DNA of 64,000 nt from Bugula neritina (lineage: Eukaryota > Animalia > Bryozoa), in assembly GCA_964035545.1 (NCBI GenBank), contig OZ037765.1, forward strand, positions 24,427,504 to 24,491,503, in the 5' to 3' direction. Below, piece after piece: positions 14,501-27,807 of the stretch. Within the stretch, counting starts at the first letter, position 1; the number at the start of each line of letters is the position of its first letter. Position numbers and translations under genes: made by a program. The notes beneath the pieces were generated by a model that did no database searches, was not told the DNA's origin, and worked only from the letters and a program-made list of their open reading frames with translations.

Positions 14501-17500
14501 GCACGCACACGCACGCACACGCACGCACACGCACGCACACGCACGCACACACACGCGCATGCACACACACACACATATTTATGTATGCACATATATGTAT
14601 GCATATATGATATATTGTATTTCCTGAAATTGAAATCTATAATATTTTCCACTGGTTTGCTGTTATTTAAAGCCCAAAATCATAAAAAATAGTATTAGCA
14701 TTTAAAATGCTATTACTTGAATGATTCAGATTTACATTAGTAGAACATAAGTTTTCAAACTAACCCATTCTGAGCAGCCAGGTGGAGAGGGGTCAGCCCT
14801 ATTTTAGATTTGGCATTAACAAATGCTTTGTGTAGAAGCAGCATGTTAGCAACTTCCAAGTTGCCACATTCCGCAGCAAGATGCAGTGCGGCTTTTCCAT
14901 GCTGTAAAACATAAATTGAAAACACAAACTAAATTGAAAAAATTTGTGATTATGAACATATTTTACTTTTTAGTTAGCTTGTTATGCTTTAATCAATGCA
15001 AATATATTTCTATGAAAACAACTACTAAGATTCTTGATAGAGAATATATTATTAAAAAATATTTATAGTCAGGTTTCTATTTACAAGACAAAGTTCAAAA
15101 TATATACTTTGAATTCTTATTTTTGTATAATATGCCCAAGAGAAGTTTTGCTTTTTTGACAATCTTTTTTTGAAAGTTGGTAATCTTTGGACAAAATCAA
15201 TACAAAAAACATGCTAAAAATATTATCTGACATAATTTTCACCATAATTTATAGTTTCATTGCATCCACTCATCGCAATTTTGAAACGAAAAGAACAATA
15301 AAATACTATGTTTAAAACTGCCATATATATTTTATATAGTCGTGAAAATATCGAAGTAATAATTTTTATCCCACTCGCATATAAATAGGCTCATAACTTA
15401 CCTCATCAAACACATCAACTCTTGCGTGATGCTGCAGCAGTACCTCGACAACCTTAAGGTGCCCTTCCTTGCTAGCCACCAGCAGTGGTGACCATCCATT
15501 ACGGGCTTGTTTGTTCAAAGCAATTTGAATCTTGCTAGGCTCTATGTGTTTAGCTACCTCGAGCAAAATGTCGGAATTACCTGCCCGTGCACAGTAGTGT
15601 ATAGGAGTTTCTAATGTCTAAAATTTATAAACAAGAATATGTAATACTAATATATCAGTCAGTAAACAAGTAGCCAAATGTAAAACTTCTACTCGTATCA
15701 AGAATCAAACTGCAGAACTTCAAATTGCATGATAGCATGCTACCCACTACACTCCAGGGGATACACCAAACATTATTTGCACTCGGCGTGATGCAGCATG
15801 GACTTCGCAGCATGAAGCTGTTGAGATGTGAATAATTCATTAGTATACTTACTAATTTGCAGCCTGCATTTGTGTCCCCTCCGTAATCTAACAGCAACTT
15901 CATAATATCAGTATCTTCAAAGTCATGATGAGCCTGACTTCGTAACAGCTCAGCAGCTAAATGTACAGTTGTTTCTCCTTCCTATGTTTAAGCATTAGGA
16001 GTAAATGCCATGTTTATTGGCATATGATAGAAAGAATAAGATAAATTATTGTATTAGGAACCTATGAAATATAATATACAATATATTAACATGCATTTTT
16101 TATTATACTTTAAATTAATTACTGTACTATTACCATTCATTTATAAATTATATATGCACTACCACATAACTTATTAATCTAAAGAGAAAAGAGCTTTCAA
16201 CTGATTAAAATTAAAATAAACCTCAATTTTTAAATTGATAGAGAGATAATACTTATTATACAGTCTCTAGCTTAGTTATAGAACCCAAGTACATTTTACA
16301 TCAGCAATGAAGCAATACATCTACAAGGACTACAACATTAACGAAACCTTACATATCACACTGTACACATGCATACCGCAGTAGCCTGGTTGACCAATAT
16401 GGTGGCATCAAATCTCGACTTGGTAACTGTCACATAGCGAAGTAGCTCCTCACAGACTGCCCAATGGCAGTATCTAACAGCCAAATGTAATGGAGTCTCT
16501 CCACTCTACAAAGTAACATAGACTCATAAACTGAGGCTGTAGTATTTACCACTAGCATTATAGGTAAAAAAAAATAGAATGAATGTTGACATCAGACTTT
16601 TTACTGCCTCTCCACACAAGAGAATTAGTTTTATAAAACAAACAGAAACATAAATGACATAAAATATGTCTTTTTTAATGCAGGTAATACTTACAGCTTT
16701 TTTAAAAGAAAGTTTATGCAAAAAAAGCACGTTTAGAAGAACAACAAGCAATATATCACATCAAACAAAGACATGATGCATGGCTAGTAAATAGGATGCA
16801 GCACGATATTACTGCAAGCGTCACCTTAGATGGCAGAGTGGGGTCACTAGACTCAGCAAGGAGGGATTTCACTACTTTCAAGTGACCGTGGCGAGAGGCA
16901 ATGTGCAATGCAGTTTCTCCGTTCTGATATAAAATACATGAACTTTTAATTCTATATATTCAAGAGATGAAATTAAATACGTAAAAATTTTTGGCTTATT
17001 TAAGCACTTTTTTAAATTATTGCTAATATGTTTCGCAGGAAAATTAAAATGTATAAAAGACTGCAATTCAACATACATCCATGTCATTGTTAACATCAGC
17101 GCCGCATCGAATCAGCATGTCTACACATTGCTCAGCTCCAGCTATCCGTGACGCAATGTGTAGAGGTGTCTCTTTACACTGCAACAAGAACAATTTATAT
17201 AACTTTGCAAGCATGCATTTAATTGCCATGAACTTATAACTTCAACAAACCTAAATCAGGTTTTTGGCACAATTAACTTGACAAACAATAAAAAATCCTT
17301 AGCAAAAGAACCCACCTTTCCTCCTTTTAATTCAACTTGTGCTCCATATCCTAAGAGAGTTTGAATGACTAAAGGCTGACATGCTTCCACGGCTATATGT
17401 AGTGAGGTGTATTGATCCTAGACATAGCAATACACTAATTATTCATGCTAAAAACTTTGCATAATAACTTGCATTTAATAAGACGTATTTCTTATTAAAT

Positions 17501-20500
17501 AAGTACAAAACTTATTGAAACTGGCAAAATACAAACATTTATTATAGATTTCATAAATTTAATTGATTGATTTGATTATTTATGGACGAAGGTAATGCAC
17601 GCAGTTGTTCTACAGAAAGGTTATTTTTGCTAAAATAGAAAATTTTCTTTCTTGTAGCTTCAGTTCTAAAAATAAATTTAATTACCTAATTTCTTCCTTC
17701 AAAAAAGAATGTTAGTTAATTATGCTGACTATGCACAATATAGCATGGTACTACAAATATTACATAGATTATTATGTTATGCAACAGGAGATAAACACAC
17801 TATAAAAATAGATTAAGACTATAGTTCACCTAGCATGTGTTGAGCGTACATAAAATAGTTTAACTCTAACCTTTGTCTTAGCATCTACAAATGCGCCTTT
17901 AAAAAGAAGCGCCTTGACCACAGCTACATGGCCTTGCTTGGCAGCACTATGAAGGCATATGGCTCCACTTTTGTTAGGCATCATCAGTGGAACACCTTTT
18001 TTCAATAGAGCCATGGATGTTTCTGTGTGTCCTATAAGGAAGAGATAATTCGTTCATTAAAAGCATTGAAAGACCCTCTAAAGTCTAAGATAAGAACTCA
18101 ATATAATATACAGATGCAAAAACCACAAGCCAATTGGTGTTTCATTTGAATGCATTTATGTCAACCTACTATACAGCATGTAATATGTCAAGTGGGAAAC
18201 CATTCAGCAATGATTGCGGATTTCATGGCTAACATCCTCTTTGATATACTAAGAGCAAGTTTTTACCTGATTCAGCAGCAACATGTAACAATGTGCTGCC
18301 GTCATACGTGCGAGCTAAAGGATCAGCCTTGACCTTGTCAGTCAGCAACTCCACAAGGCTAGTGTTGCCATACTGAGCTGCTACATGCAATGCTGTCCTG
18401 TTAAACTGTAATATATGTAGGTACTTAATAAATGCATATAAAAGCTGTTATATAAAGTTTTAGCATTGTAGAAACACAAAATTCTGTCACATTAAGCACT
18501 GCATTTGACAATGTTTTTACATACAATATAACCAAAACACACTGCTTATATCTACAAATAAATTAAATGATGCCAAAGCATTTCAACTTTCAGCTGCACA
18601 TTATAGACTTGTAAAAGGTTTAGGCAATGTAATAATAAGATTTAAACTACTCATAAAATATAAGTCCTATAATGTAATGTTCAGATAAGCATGAAGCATT
18701 TCGAGTTCGCTTTTCTTAAGAAAAAGTTGCTCTTTGGATACAAAACATGCTGCGATTTAAATTTAAGCAATTTCAAGCAGATCTCAAATAATTTTTGATG
18801 AACTATTCTAAACCGTTTTTTATTTTATGACACCAAAGATGGAAATAAATTATATAACTTGGATGTTGTATATGTTCAATGAAATGCATTTGGTAGGTTA
18901 AGAGCTGTTTGTATTTTATACTAAATTTAAATGTCTATTATTCTGTACTCAGTGACAACAGCTACCTGTGCATGCTATCAATGTTGCTAAATCATGATTG
19001 GTCTATTGGAATAGTAAATTCTAATAATAGTTTTATTCAAAGTGCAAACTGATACGACTCAGTATATCTACCTGATCACATATGTTGGGGTCAGCCTGAA
19101 TGCTGTGCAGATATTTGATCATAGCTTCATCTCCCTCCTCAACACTTACATGCAAAGGAGCCAAGCCAGCCATCTAATATATGTAGGGGAGGTAACTATG
19201 CAGGACATGTAGGATTTCAATAGCTCAACTTAAATTTCTGTTATTTAATTAGTACCTTTTCTGCACTACATAATACTTTATTGTAGCAAACCATGAATTA
19301 GCTAAAAACATAGCATTAGTAAGCTCACAGTAAAATTTGTATTAATTAAATATTGCCAAAGAGAATGTTTATAACATCCCAATAAAACATACTGCTTTAA
19401 TGTATAAGACTATACTGTATCATGTTATACTAAATACAGAACTCTTATTTTTTCTAGTCATTTAAAACAAACTTTCAGATTTTAATAGCTTCATAATAAC
19501 AGATTAGCTATTGTTGTTGTAATGATAAATATCCTATGCTATAACTAGAACTTATTAAATACTTCACTGTAAAGAAGGAATAAGCATTATGCTAGCAGCT
19601 AGTATATGCGTGTGTTTTAAATTTAAGTATCAAATTTGCAATCTATTTTTTCATTTATCACAAGTTGGCTAATAGAATGGCCATAAAAATTGTTCCAGTA
19701 TTGGATAGAATAATTCTTACATTTTGGGCATTAACACTGGCACCATGCTCATATACCAGCTTAGCCAATTCAATATCCCTTTTCTGTGCAGCCAGATGCA
19801 AAATAGTATCTCCACTAGTCTGAGTACAATAGAGAAAAATCATTAATATAAGCAATTAAAAAACAATGCATTGAACCGATAAGGTGATACCAATATACAG
19901 TAATAATAATTATGACTTTGCAAAATGTCACTAATTTTGTTATAAACAACTTCATAGAAACATACTTTCAGCTGAGCAGTCACTTGCAAATCTGAGATTT
20001 GTTGCAACAGTTCTTTGCATGTTGCCAAACTACCACTCTCTGCTGCCGCAAATAATGGTATGGCACCGTGCTAAAAGATTTCACAGTTAAAGCATAAATA
20101 GTGCAAAATCAAATGATAAGCCAGCATGTATTGCATAATTAGTGAACACATGTATGCTAGCATGCAGGATAATTAGAAGGATGTGTTTTTTAAATGCATA
20201 AAAATGTTCGTATAATTGCATAAAACCTATGATGTGCAACACCCATAATACCATATCAATATACATGCACATATGTATGACTTTGCTGGAGGAAGAGGTA
20301 TATTGGCCTAGAATATTATTCATCATAACAAATAAAATCATACTAAATTAAATGGCACTTGCTTTGTCTGCTACTAATAGGGCTTCCTTTGGGGAAAATT
20401 TTAGAATTTGCTGAACCATACTAAGGGTATTGAGACCTCTTGCACAAGCCAAATGTAAAGCTGACCTCTGGTCAATCTAAAAAAGGCAAAAGTTCATTAG

Positions 20501-22331
20501 CTGTTATTCTCCTCAATCACTATTTTAGCAAGGGAAGAATATAATTTTTATACTTATATTTTTATTCAAAATACAGAACAAATTATACTGATCTTGAAAT
20601 ATAGCACCCGAGAGAGCAAATGCTTCAGTATATAAGAATTACATCACATTGTAAAAAATATCCGTTGAGAAATTTTGTAGAAAATTTGATGCCTATGAAA
20701 AATATAATTTACATCCTTTTTGCTTCATGAAAAGTGCCAGAAGTGTGAGAAGCATTGGACACAAAAGGTAATTTGGTGACATCCCACACTTAATAACTTC
20801 ACTATTACAAACTCAATATTGAATTCGGAAAATAAGGACATCAATAGAAGCTGAAAGACAGCAAAAATAGCCCTATTTTCATTTGGTTTTTTGATGAATC
20901 AAAGCAGGGAATTACAAATCAGACATTTTTAAAAAATATTGGTCTAAAAAGTCAAGTATAGAACAAGTTATTGTATATGACGTATTCTGAATAATATGGT
21001 TACATCCCATATTCTATACCCAATGCAATACAAAATTGACCAATAATAACTGGATAATGCGAAGTACCAACAACAAAGAAATTGCCAGCACTTGGCATGA
21101 ATAAAGGTAAACAGGTCATATATATAATATTCTAATGAATACACGTGAATACTAATGGGAACATAATTAAGGAGAAAATCAGGAAATTGTACTGTTTGAG
21201 GCACAAAGAAGATGTCAAATGGTTGATCATATAACAATATGTGATGGTTGTTGTGAAGCAGACACTAGTTGCTAGGATACTGACTCTCATTGCGTGCTCA
21301 ATAATAATGAAGTGTGTTGGTGCTAGCCAGCACGCAAACGTTATTCCATATTCTGAAACCTGAATTCGAATGTAGAAATCATCACTACAGAAATGTTTAT
21401 TACCAGAATGCAAACTTTTATTGTCACTACAGTTTGACATAGATGATAAATGTAGAAAATAAAATGCAATAGAAACTAATATACCATATAACATACATTG
21501 TCCAGTGCAGCGACGTCAGCTTTTCTAGACAGCAAACATTTGACAACGTCAGCCTTGGCATAATTGGCTGCATAATGCAAAGCAGATCTGCCATGCTAGG
21601 AAAGTAAGTGAGAAACAATAAATGAACCATTCATGATGCGATACTCTAAACAAGCAATGAACTTATTATGTTGTAGCTTATATATACTAGTTTCAATAAC
21701 TATAAACGATGACAATGTTTATGGTACTTCTATATAATGCTGTAAATAGATATACTCCAATAACCCTCTCAAGAATTCTCATAAAACAGTTTCAACTCTG
21801 CATCTATAACAACATGAAGTAACCCTTATAAAGATAGTAGTTTACAATAGGCTGCCAAGGCAGCTTTAGTGAACAGTTAGTACGTTTTTTATTATTTGCT
21901 ATTAGTTATACAAAAATAATACAAAATAATATACCTGATCTAGAGCATTAATATCAGCTCCAAATTCACACAAACGTTCCACCAAAACCAGCTTGTTTTC
22001 TCTACAGCTGTACATCAATGAAGTTATCCCATCTCCCTGTAAAAAATGTTATTTTAATTTCTTTATGTTTTTCACCTCACCATAACATTTTCAACAGGTC
22101 TATAAACTATAAAATAAAAGTTAGTAGAGCATTGAACAATTTTTGGTAAAAAATATCATAACAGCCGGAATAGCTACTCACCTTGGTGTAGTTTATTTCT
22201 TCAGCACCCTTTTTAAGAGTTCGAAGAATGCTATCAGCTTGACCCCATTCATTGTTCGCACAAAGTCGCAATATGGTTGCTTGTGGAATATCTTCATAAG
22301 ATTCGTCTGATGCTGGGCTGCCACCAGACAT
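5540..22331 (-). CDS. nompC: TRPN / NompC mechanosensitive TRP channel (long ankyrin-repeat N-terminus, 6-TM channel), multi-exon; start codon tentative
   Basis: More than 20 ankyrin-repeat exons (e.g. HGRSALHYAA, GWSPLLVASKEGH, KKTPMHMAAETGQ, GFTALHVAAHFGQ). Large exon ~6330-7700 with TM segments, FELLFFSLFGL pore, LLIAMMSDTYQRIQAQSDTEWKFGRAKLI TRP box. Terminal exons 5848-5991 and 5540-5667 (RIEKAINWRSVVRKYY...stop). Confidence 0.93.
14497..14575. repeat. (GCACGCACAC)n / CA microsatellite in a TRPN intron
   Basis: Directly visible tandem 10-mer followed by CA repeats. Confidence 0.9.
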
Positions 22332-23205
22332 TTTTATGGATGTTTGAGTACCAGCGTGTATGGTTTGAATGAAGAGGTAGCTAAATATCAACACGGCTTC
22401 CTACGTAAAAGCCCTCATGCTATTCACTGGCAATTATCTAAGCAATGAGCATGTCCGATGTTTAATAGAAGTTATTGATCTGTGGTAGAAAGGATGGGCA
22501 TCTACCACTATTATATTATGCTGCACTAACTGAAATTGCAAATTGGTGCATTTATTATCAACTACTGCAATGACTGGAAACCAGATTTGCCATGACAGCA
22601 TTAATTTCTGAATGATCCTATTATTCATATTCATAATAGTTATCCTACAATATTATTATTTATTTATAATTAAGTTCAATACTGAAAAAAAGAGCTGTAG
22701 TAATTTATAATTAATCAAACTATTGATCATAAATCTGGTACATTATGTTGAGGTACTCCAGCTAAAAGTAAATCAACAAGATTACCAATTTTATCATAAT
22801 TTACAAGAATATTTATTAAATATATAATATTGCAATACATAAACTTGCTACCTGAAATTATGTCAGGAAAAGGAATGACTATCTTGTTTTATACGCAAGG
22901 TCAATCTCATTACTGTCATATTAAAATAGATAACTTGCAGTAGTGAAAAACTGACAGAAAAGTACTGCTTCTCTAGCATGAATGCCCAATTACCAATTTA
23001 CGTGCATAAAACAAATATATAAAAAAAACACATAAGTTTGGCAATTATCTTTAGAGTTGACAAAGCTTCAGTTAAACTAAAAAACTCCCATATTAGCAAT
23101 ACATAAAATACTTATTATTTCACTAATCACTGTATAATGTATAGAAAAACTATTGGGTATTATGTTTATAATTCTTATTAGACTCATACCAGTGCAGTAT
23201 TTATT

Positions 23206-25185
23206 CTAATAGACCTGTTTGGAGTTTAGATAACATGTGATACTAGAAAGAATCAAAGTGATAACATAAAAAGCAGCAGCAACCCAACAATTGTATGCTG
23301 TCTGTTCATATTTTTGTGCAACGTAGTCATATATAGCACTTCCATTGTTCAACTCCCAATCAGCCTCCACAATTCCTATGTCTTCTATCAAATTTGGACT
23401 CTTGACGTAGAAAGCTACTCCCATTATGGCCTTCAAAATAATGATACAAATCTTGAAGCTTTCAACTGCTACAAGTTTGAATATTTATTGTGGAGCAATA
23501 GCTATTTTCTACTTATATATCAAGTTCAATTATTAAGAAACTATTTTGAAATCTTTTTTCACTAGGCACAAATAAGGTGACTTTAGTTGGGAAATTCATG
23601 TTGTATCACGAAAAGCGGTTGAAAACAAACATGACCTTACATAAATACAAATAAAACTAATATACACTGCTAGCAAAAAACAAGGGCACATAAATCTAAA
23701 ATTCACTAATGACAACAGAGTGAAATTTTGGTGTTTTTTAGCAGTTATTTCAGAACCCTTAACTAAAGGGTTCTGGGACAATTTTTGCAAGGTCAAGCTT
23801 ACATGAACAGTTATAGGTTGGTTAAGAAAAGCATATTTTATTACTGTACATAGCAGATTTATATTATTATATTTTACTTCACTACATTTATTATTAAAGA
23901 CAATAATTAGATAGTTATAACTTATACATACATGTTATATTTTTCATGTATATATATATACATACACTATCTAGCTAAGGGCTGAAATATATAAATAAAA
24001 AGCCAATTTTTATATTAAAACTTTTGCACATATCTCGAAATTAAACCGCTTTATTCTCAAAAAATTGTTGAAAAAAGTGTTGGAGCATTAGCTTATACAT
24101 CATGCTGTATATACCTTTGTTTTTCTTTTTTACAAATTTTAGCGGACCATACTCAAAGGCCACAACTAAACATTATTTATGAGTCATCAAAATTTCAAAA
24201 GATGCTAGTGATGTAGATTAAAAAACTTACAAACATAGGAGAAATACGTGATACTAAAGTGAACTTTGATGTAAATTTAAATGCTGTTTAGACCTATAGG
24301 AAGCTACAAAACACGTATTTCTTTTATGGATATGGAATCTACAGATGTGCACTGTATATATGGCGTACATCAATTTCTGAATATTTTACGAATGATTTTG
24401 CAACTTTGTGGTTAATATGGCCACATTCAATGGTCCACATATATTTGATAAATTGTTTATTATTTAGGTGCAGTTTGATTTACCTATTGATATTCATAAT
24501 AGAGATAATATAATTTCTATAAATTAAAACGAAGATGGACATATTGATTGCATTCAAGCTAAGTTTTTTTGGTGGTCAAAGATTGTACAGAAAAATTCCC
24601 AAGATTTGCTATTTCTACTATAGAGCAAAGTGGAGCAAAAGTAGATTCAGCAACACTGGGGGGGGGGGGGGGGGTGAAAATGTTCTAGAAATAGTATCAC
24701 TAAAATATTGTTTTACTTTTGAGACAAATTATGAGCTACTATTTATATAATAGAACTTGCGTTAATAAATTTTCCATAATCTTTGAAAACATCAAGTAAA
24801 ATAAAAAGTCTAATAGTGTCAAAGAGTAATTAAAGTTGGCCTCTAATATAAAAGCTATACAATAAAAAACCAGTAAATTGGAAAAAATTATATAAATGAG
24901 TTGAAGTTATTATTTGCACACCACTATTAAAGATTTATATTGTGATATTTATACCATATTTGATACATTAGAATTAATAGATTACTGGACTCAAAAACTG
25001 AACAGGGTTAAGACTTCTAATTAAGTTCAACAGCAAACACTGCAACAGCCATTTCAGTGCAACATTGAGTTATATCTTGATAGTTAATAACGGTTTTTTA
25101 TACAAACCAATTGGATGATTCCCCAAACAGATATCACTAAGCAACATGCTGAGAGTTTAGGTCCACAAATGCTAGTAATTGGCAT
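23206..25185 (-). CDS. RNASEK: Ribonuclease kappa / V-ATPase subunit f (exons 25108-25185 and 23206-23430; 100 aa)
   Basis: MPITSICGPKLSACCLVISVWGIIQL|AIMGVAFYVKSPNLIEDI...YEQTAYNCWVAAAFY matches the CGPKL..C..LS.WG, LIED and YEQ..YNC..AA motifs; two TM segments. Confidence 0.9.
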
Positions 25186-26499
25186 GTTTAGATTTCCTTG
25201 GGATTCTGCTAACTTTACACTAAAAATATAAAAAAAAACTACAGAGTGAGAGTAAGGGTGTTAATGTTCAAGGTTCAATATTGCTAATGATGGTTATCAT
25301 TGACTTAATATTGAAACTTGCTTCAACACTAATACCATAAAAATATTTGACTAATGTTTGTACACACAAATGAACTAACATTTTTATAACTAGAACTAGA
25401 GTGACCAATTAATTCAATTTCTATTATCTAAATTCTAAATTATTAATTGCATGGACTTCTTAGTGACTTGATTATTGCTTATAACCAATATTTATTGTCA
25501 ATATAAAAGAGTTACACTGATCGAAAAGAAATATTAATCCAACTTCAGTGTTGCTCAAAGAGTAGTATGAGCACCAGTAACTTTTATACCAACTTTGATT
25601 TACCAGAATTTTTAGTTTTCTTTTACTATCATCCAATTTTACAGCTAGTTATTACAGCTTATGTGAAGTCTAATGCTATAAGCCCAGTTAAGTTTATAGT
25701 TATAATCATAAAATTTTATCGTCATTATCATCGTGTTTGTGTTAAGCCTAAAAGTGAATATCAAAATGTATACTCCCAGCAATAGTTATAGTTGAAATTA
25801 AATGACCGACTTAAGACCGGTAAATGTCAATAGCAACACCACGGTGAAGTAATAATGTAGCAACTACAAAGGGATGAGTTGATTTAACTCTTGTCAATTT
25901 GAACTCTAACTTGTTTGCACGTCTTTGGTATATCACTTAATCTTATAATTATTATAACAAGTATAGATGTATTTATATTATAACTATGTTACTCACAAGT
26001 AATAAATTTAAATAACATGCTAACAGGCACAGCAGTACTAATAATAGTAGTAATATATATAACATCAGATTAAATAATAAATGGTATGATTAATGATAAC
26101 CATTCCATAAAAAATTAAATAAATTAAAATTACTCACAACTAGTAGTACAAGTACAAGTAGTCACGGAATAACTTATACTATAAATATAGCTTATACTAC
26201 AAATATAGTACTATGGGTTTAGTTTTATTATTATGATGGCTCAACTTGACTATAAATTAAAACGAATGATTATGAATTACTTACCCTCGGTCTTAAGAAC
26301 TTAAAAGTTAATGAGGGTAACACGGTAAACACAGTAAGTGTAACAGTAAAACTTAAATTGTAAAACTAAGAGTAGCCCTAAATGAAGCATTTTGATTTAG
26401 CTGGCACATAAGTCATAATGATAATCATGTGATATGGAAACATTAACTGAATGTTTTAACGACATAGAGTGAGTAAAACTAAATCAAAATGTAAGTGTA

Positions 26500-27040
26500 A
26501 CCTTAGCCTTAGGTACTACTAGACTAAGACTTAGTAGCAGTAATACTAATAGTAATACTAATAGTATTACTATTACATTTACCGATTTACGATTTAGTTT
26601 ACTGAAGTGAATACATTGACATAGTGATGATGTTTATTAGTATTACACTTACAATAATAATACAGCCACAAGACCAGGTACTACTACTACTAGTACTACT
26701 ACTACTCTAGTAGTAGTACTAGCACTAGTACTACTACTAGTACTAGCACTAATACTAATAGTAATAGTAATAATAGTAATACTACTACCACTACTACTAC
26801 TACTGTACTAGTACTACAGTACCAGTAGTACTAGAAGTAGTACTAGGTCTAGTACTAGTAGTACTGGTACTACGTCTATTAGTACGTCTACTTGTAGTAT
26901 TAGTAGTAGGTAGTACTAGTAGTAGTAGTACTACTACTACTACCACTACTCAGTACTAGTAGTAGTAGTACTACTACTACTACTAGTACTAGTACTAGTA
27001 CTAGTAGGATTTAGTATTACATTTACAGTATTAGTATTTG
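26500..27040. repeat. (ACT/AGT)n and TACTAG degenerate microsatellite in the RNASEK-PLEKHF divergent intergenic region
   Basis: Dense actact/agtagt/tactag units in both orientations. Confidence 0.9.
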
Positions 27041-27807
27041 GCAATTAATTAATTACACAATTGTATTAGGATTATAAAAACATATTATTTTTAAATTGAA
27101 ATATATCTCCAAAACTAACTTTGAGTTAGATTAATACAACATTCTTAAGTAAATGATCAGGGAATAGCATACACAAATCAATTTTCCACTCAATGCATAT
27201 CATGTGACAGGATATGAACCTACGGGCTTGAAGAGGCTGTTTGGAGCATAGAATCAAAGGTAGGCGTGTCTAATTTTTCTGTAACCTTATAGTCTAAAAC
27301 CTTCATCAATGTTTTTATCTGATCGAACGAACTCTTGAAATATTGTTTTAAATTAAAAAATTAAAATTTATAAAAAACAAAGAATAAATTCCACTGTTTT
27401 AAATACGTCATTTTATATTCTAGTAGAATTTTAAACTTTAGAGTTTAGAGGCTAAAAACCACTCACTAGAATATTACTTTCAAAATCATGACTCAAGAAA
27501 TTTTAATTAGAAATTTTATGTAGTTTGCATAAAATTTAAAAATTCTTTTTAAAACTCTAGATGTTTTCACATTTAAAAATTTTGTTTAGGATTTGAGGTT
27601 AGCGATTAAAAACTAATGTAAACACGGAACTACTTTAGAAAGCAAAAGGAATTAATAAATTTATCGGGTTATCTTCTCCAAACAGTTACTTTTAACATAA
27701 CTGTTCTTTTGCAGGTAAACTTAGCTTTCACGTAAGGATCAATGCATACAATATTCTTGCCACAGCACTGACACAATCTGCCAGTATTAGTATAACTATA
27801 AATCACT

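Noticed and set aside
24658-24674. Poly-G run (possible G-quadruplex)
   Set aside because: Isolated homopolymer with unreliable length and no supporting context.
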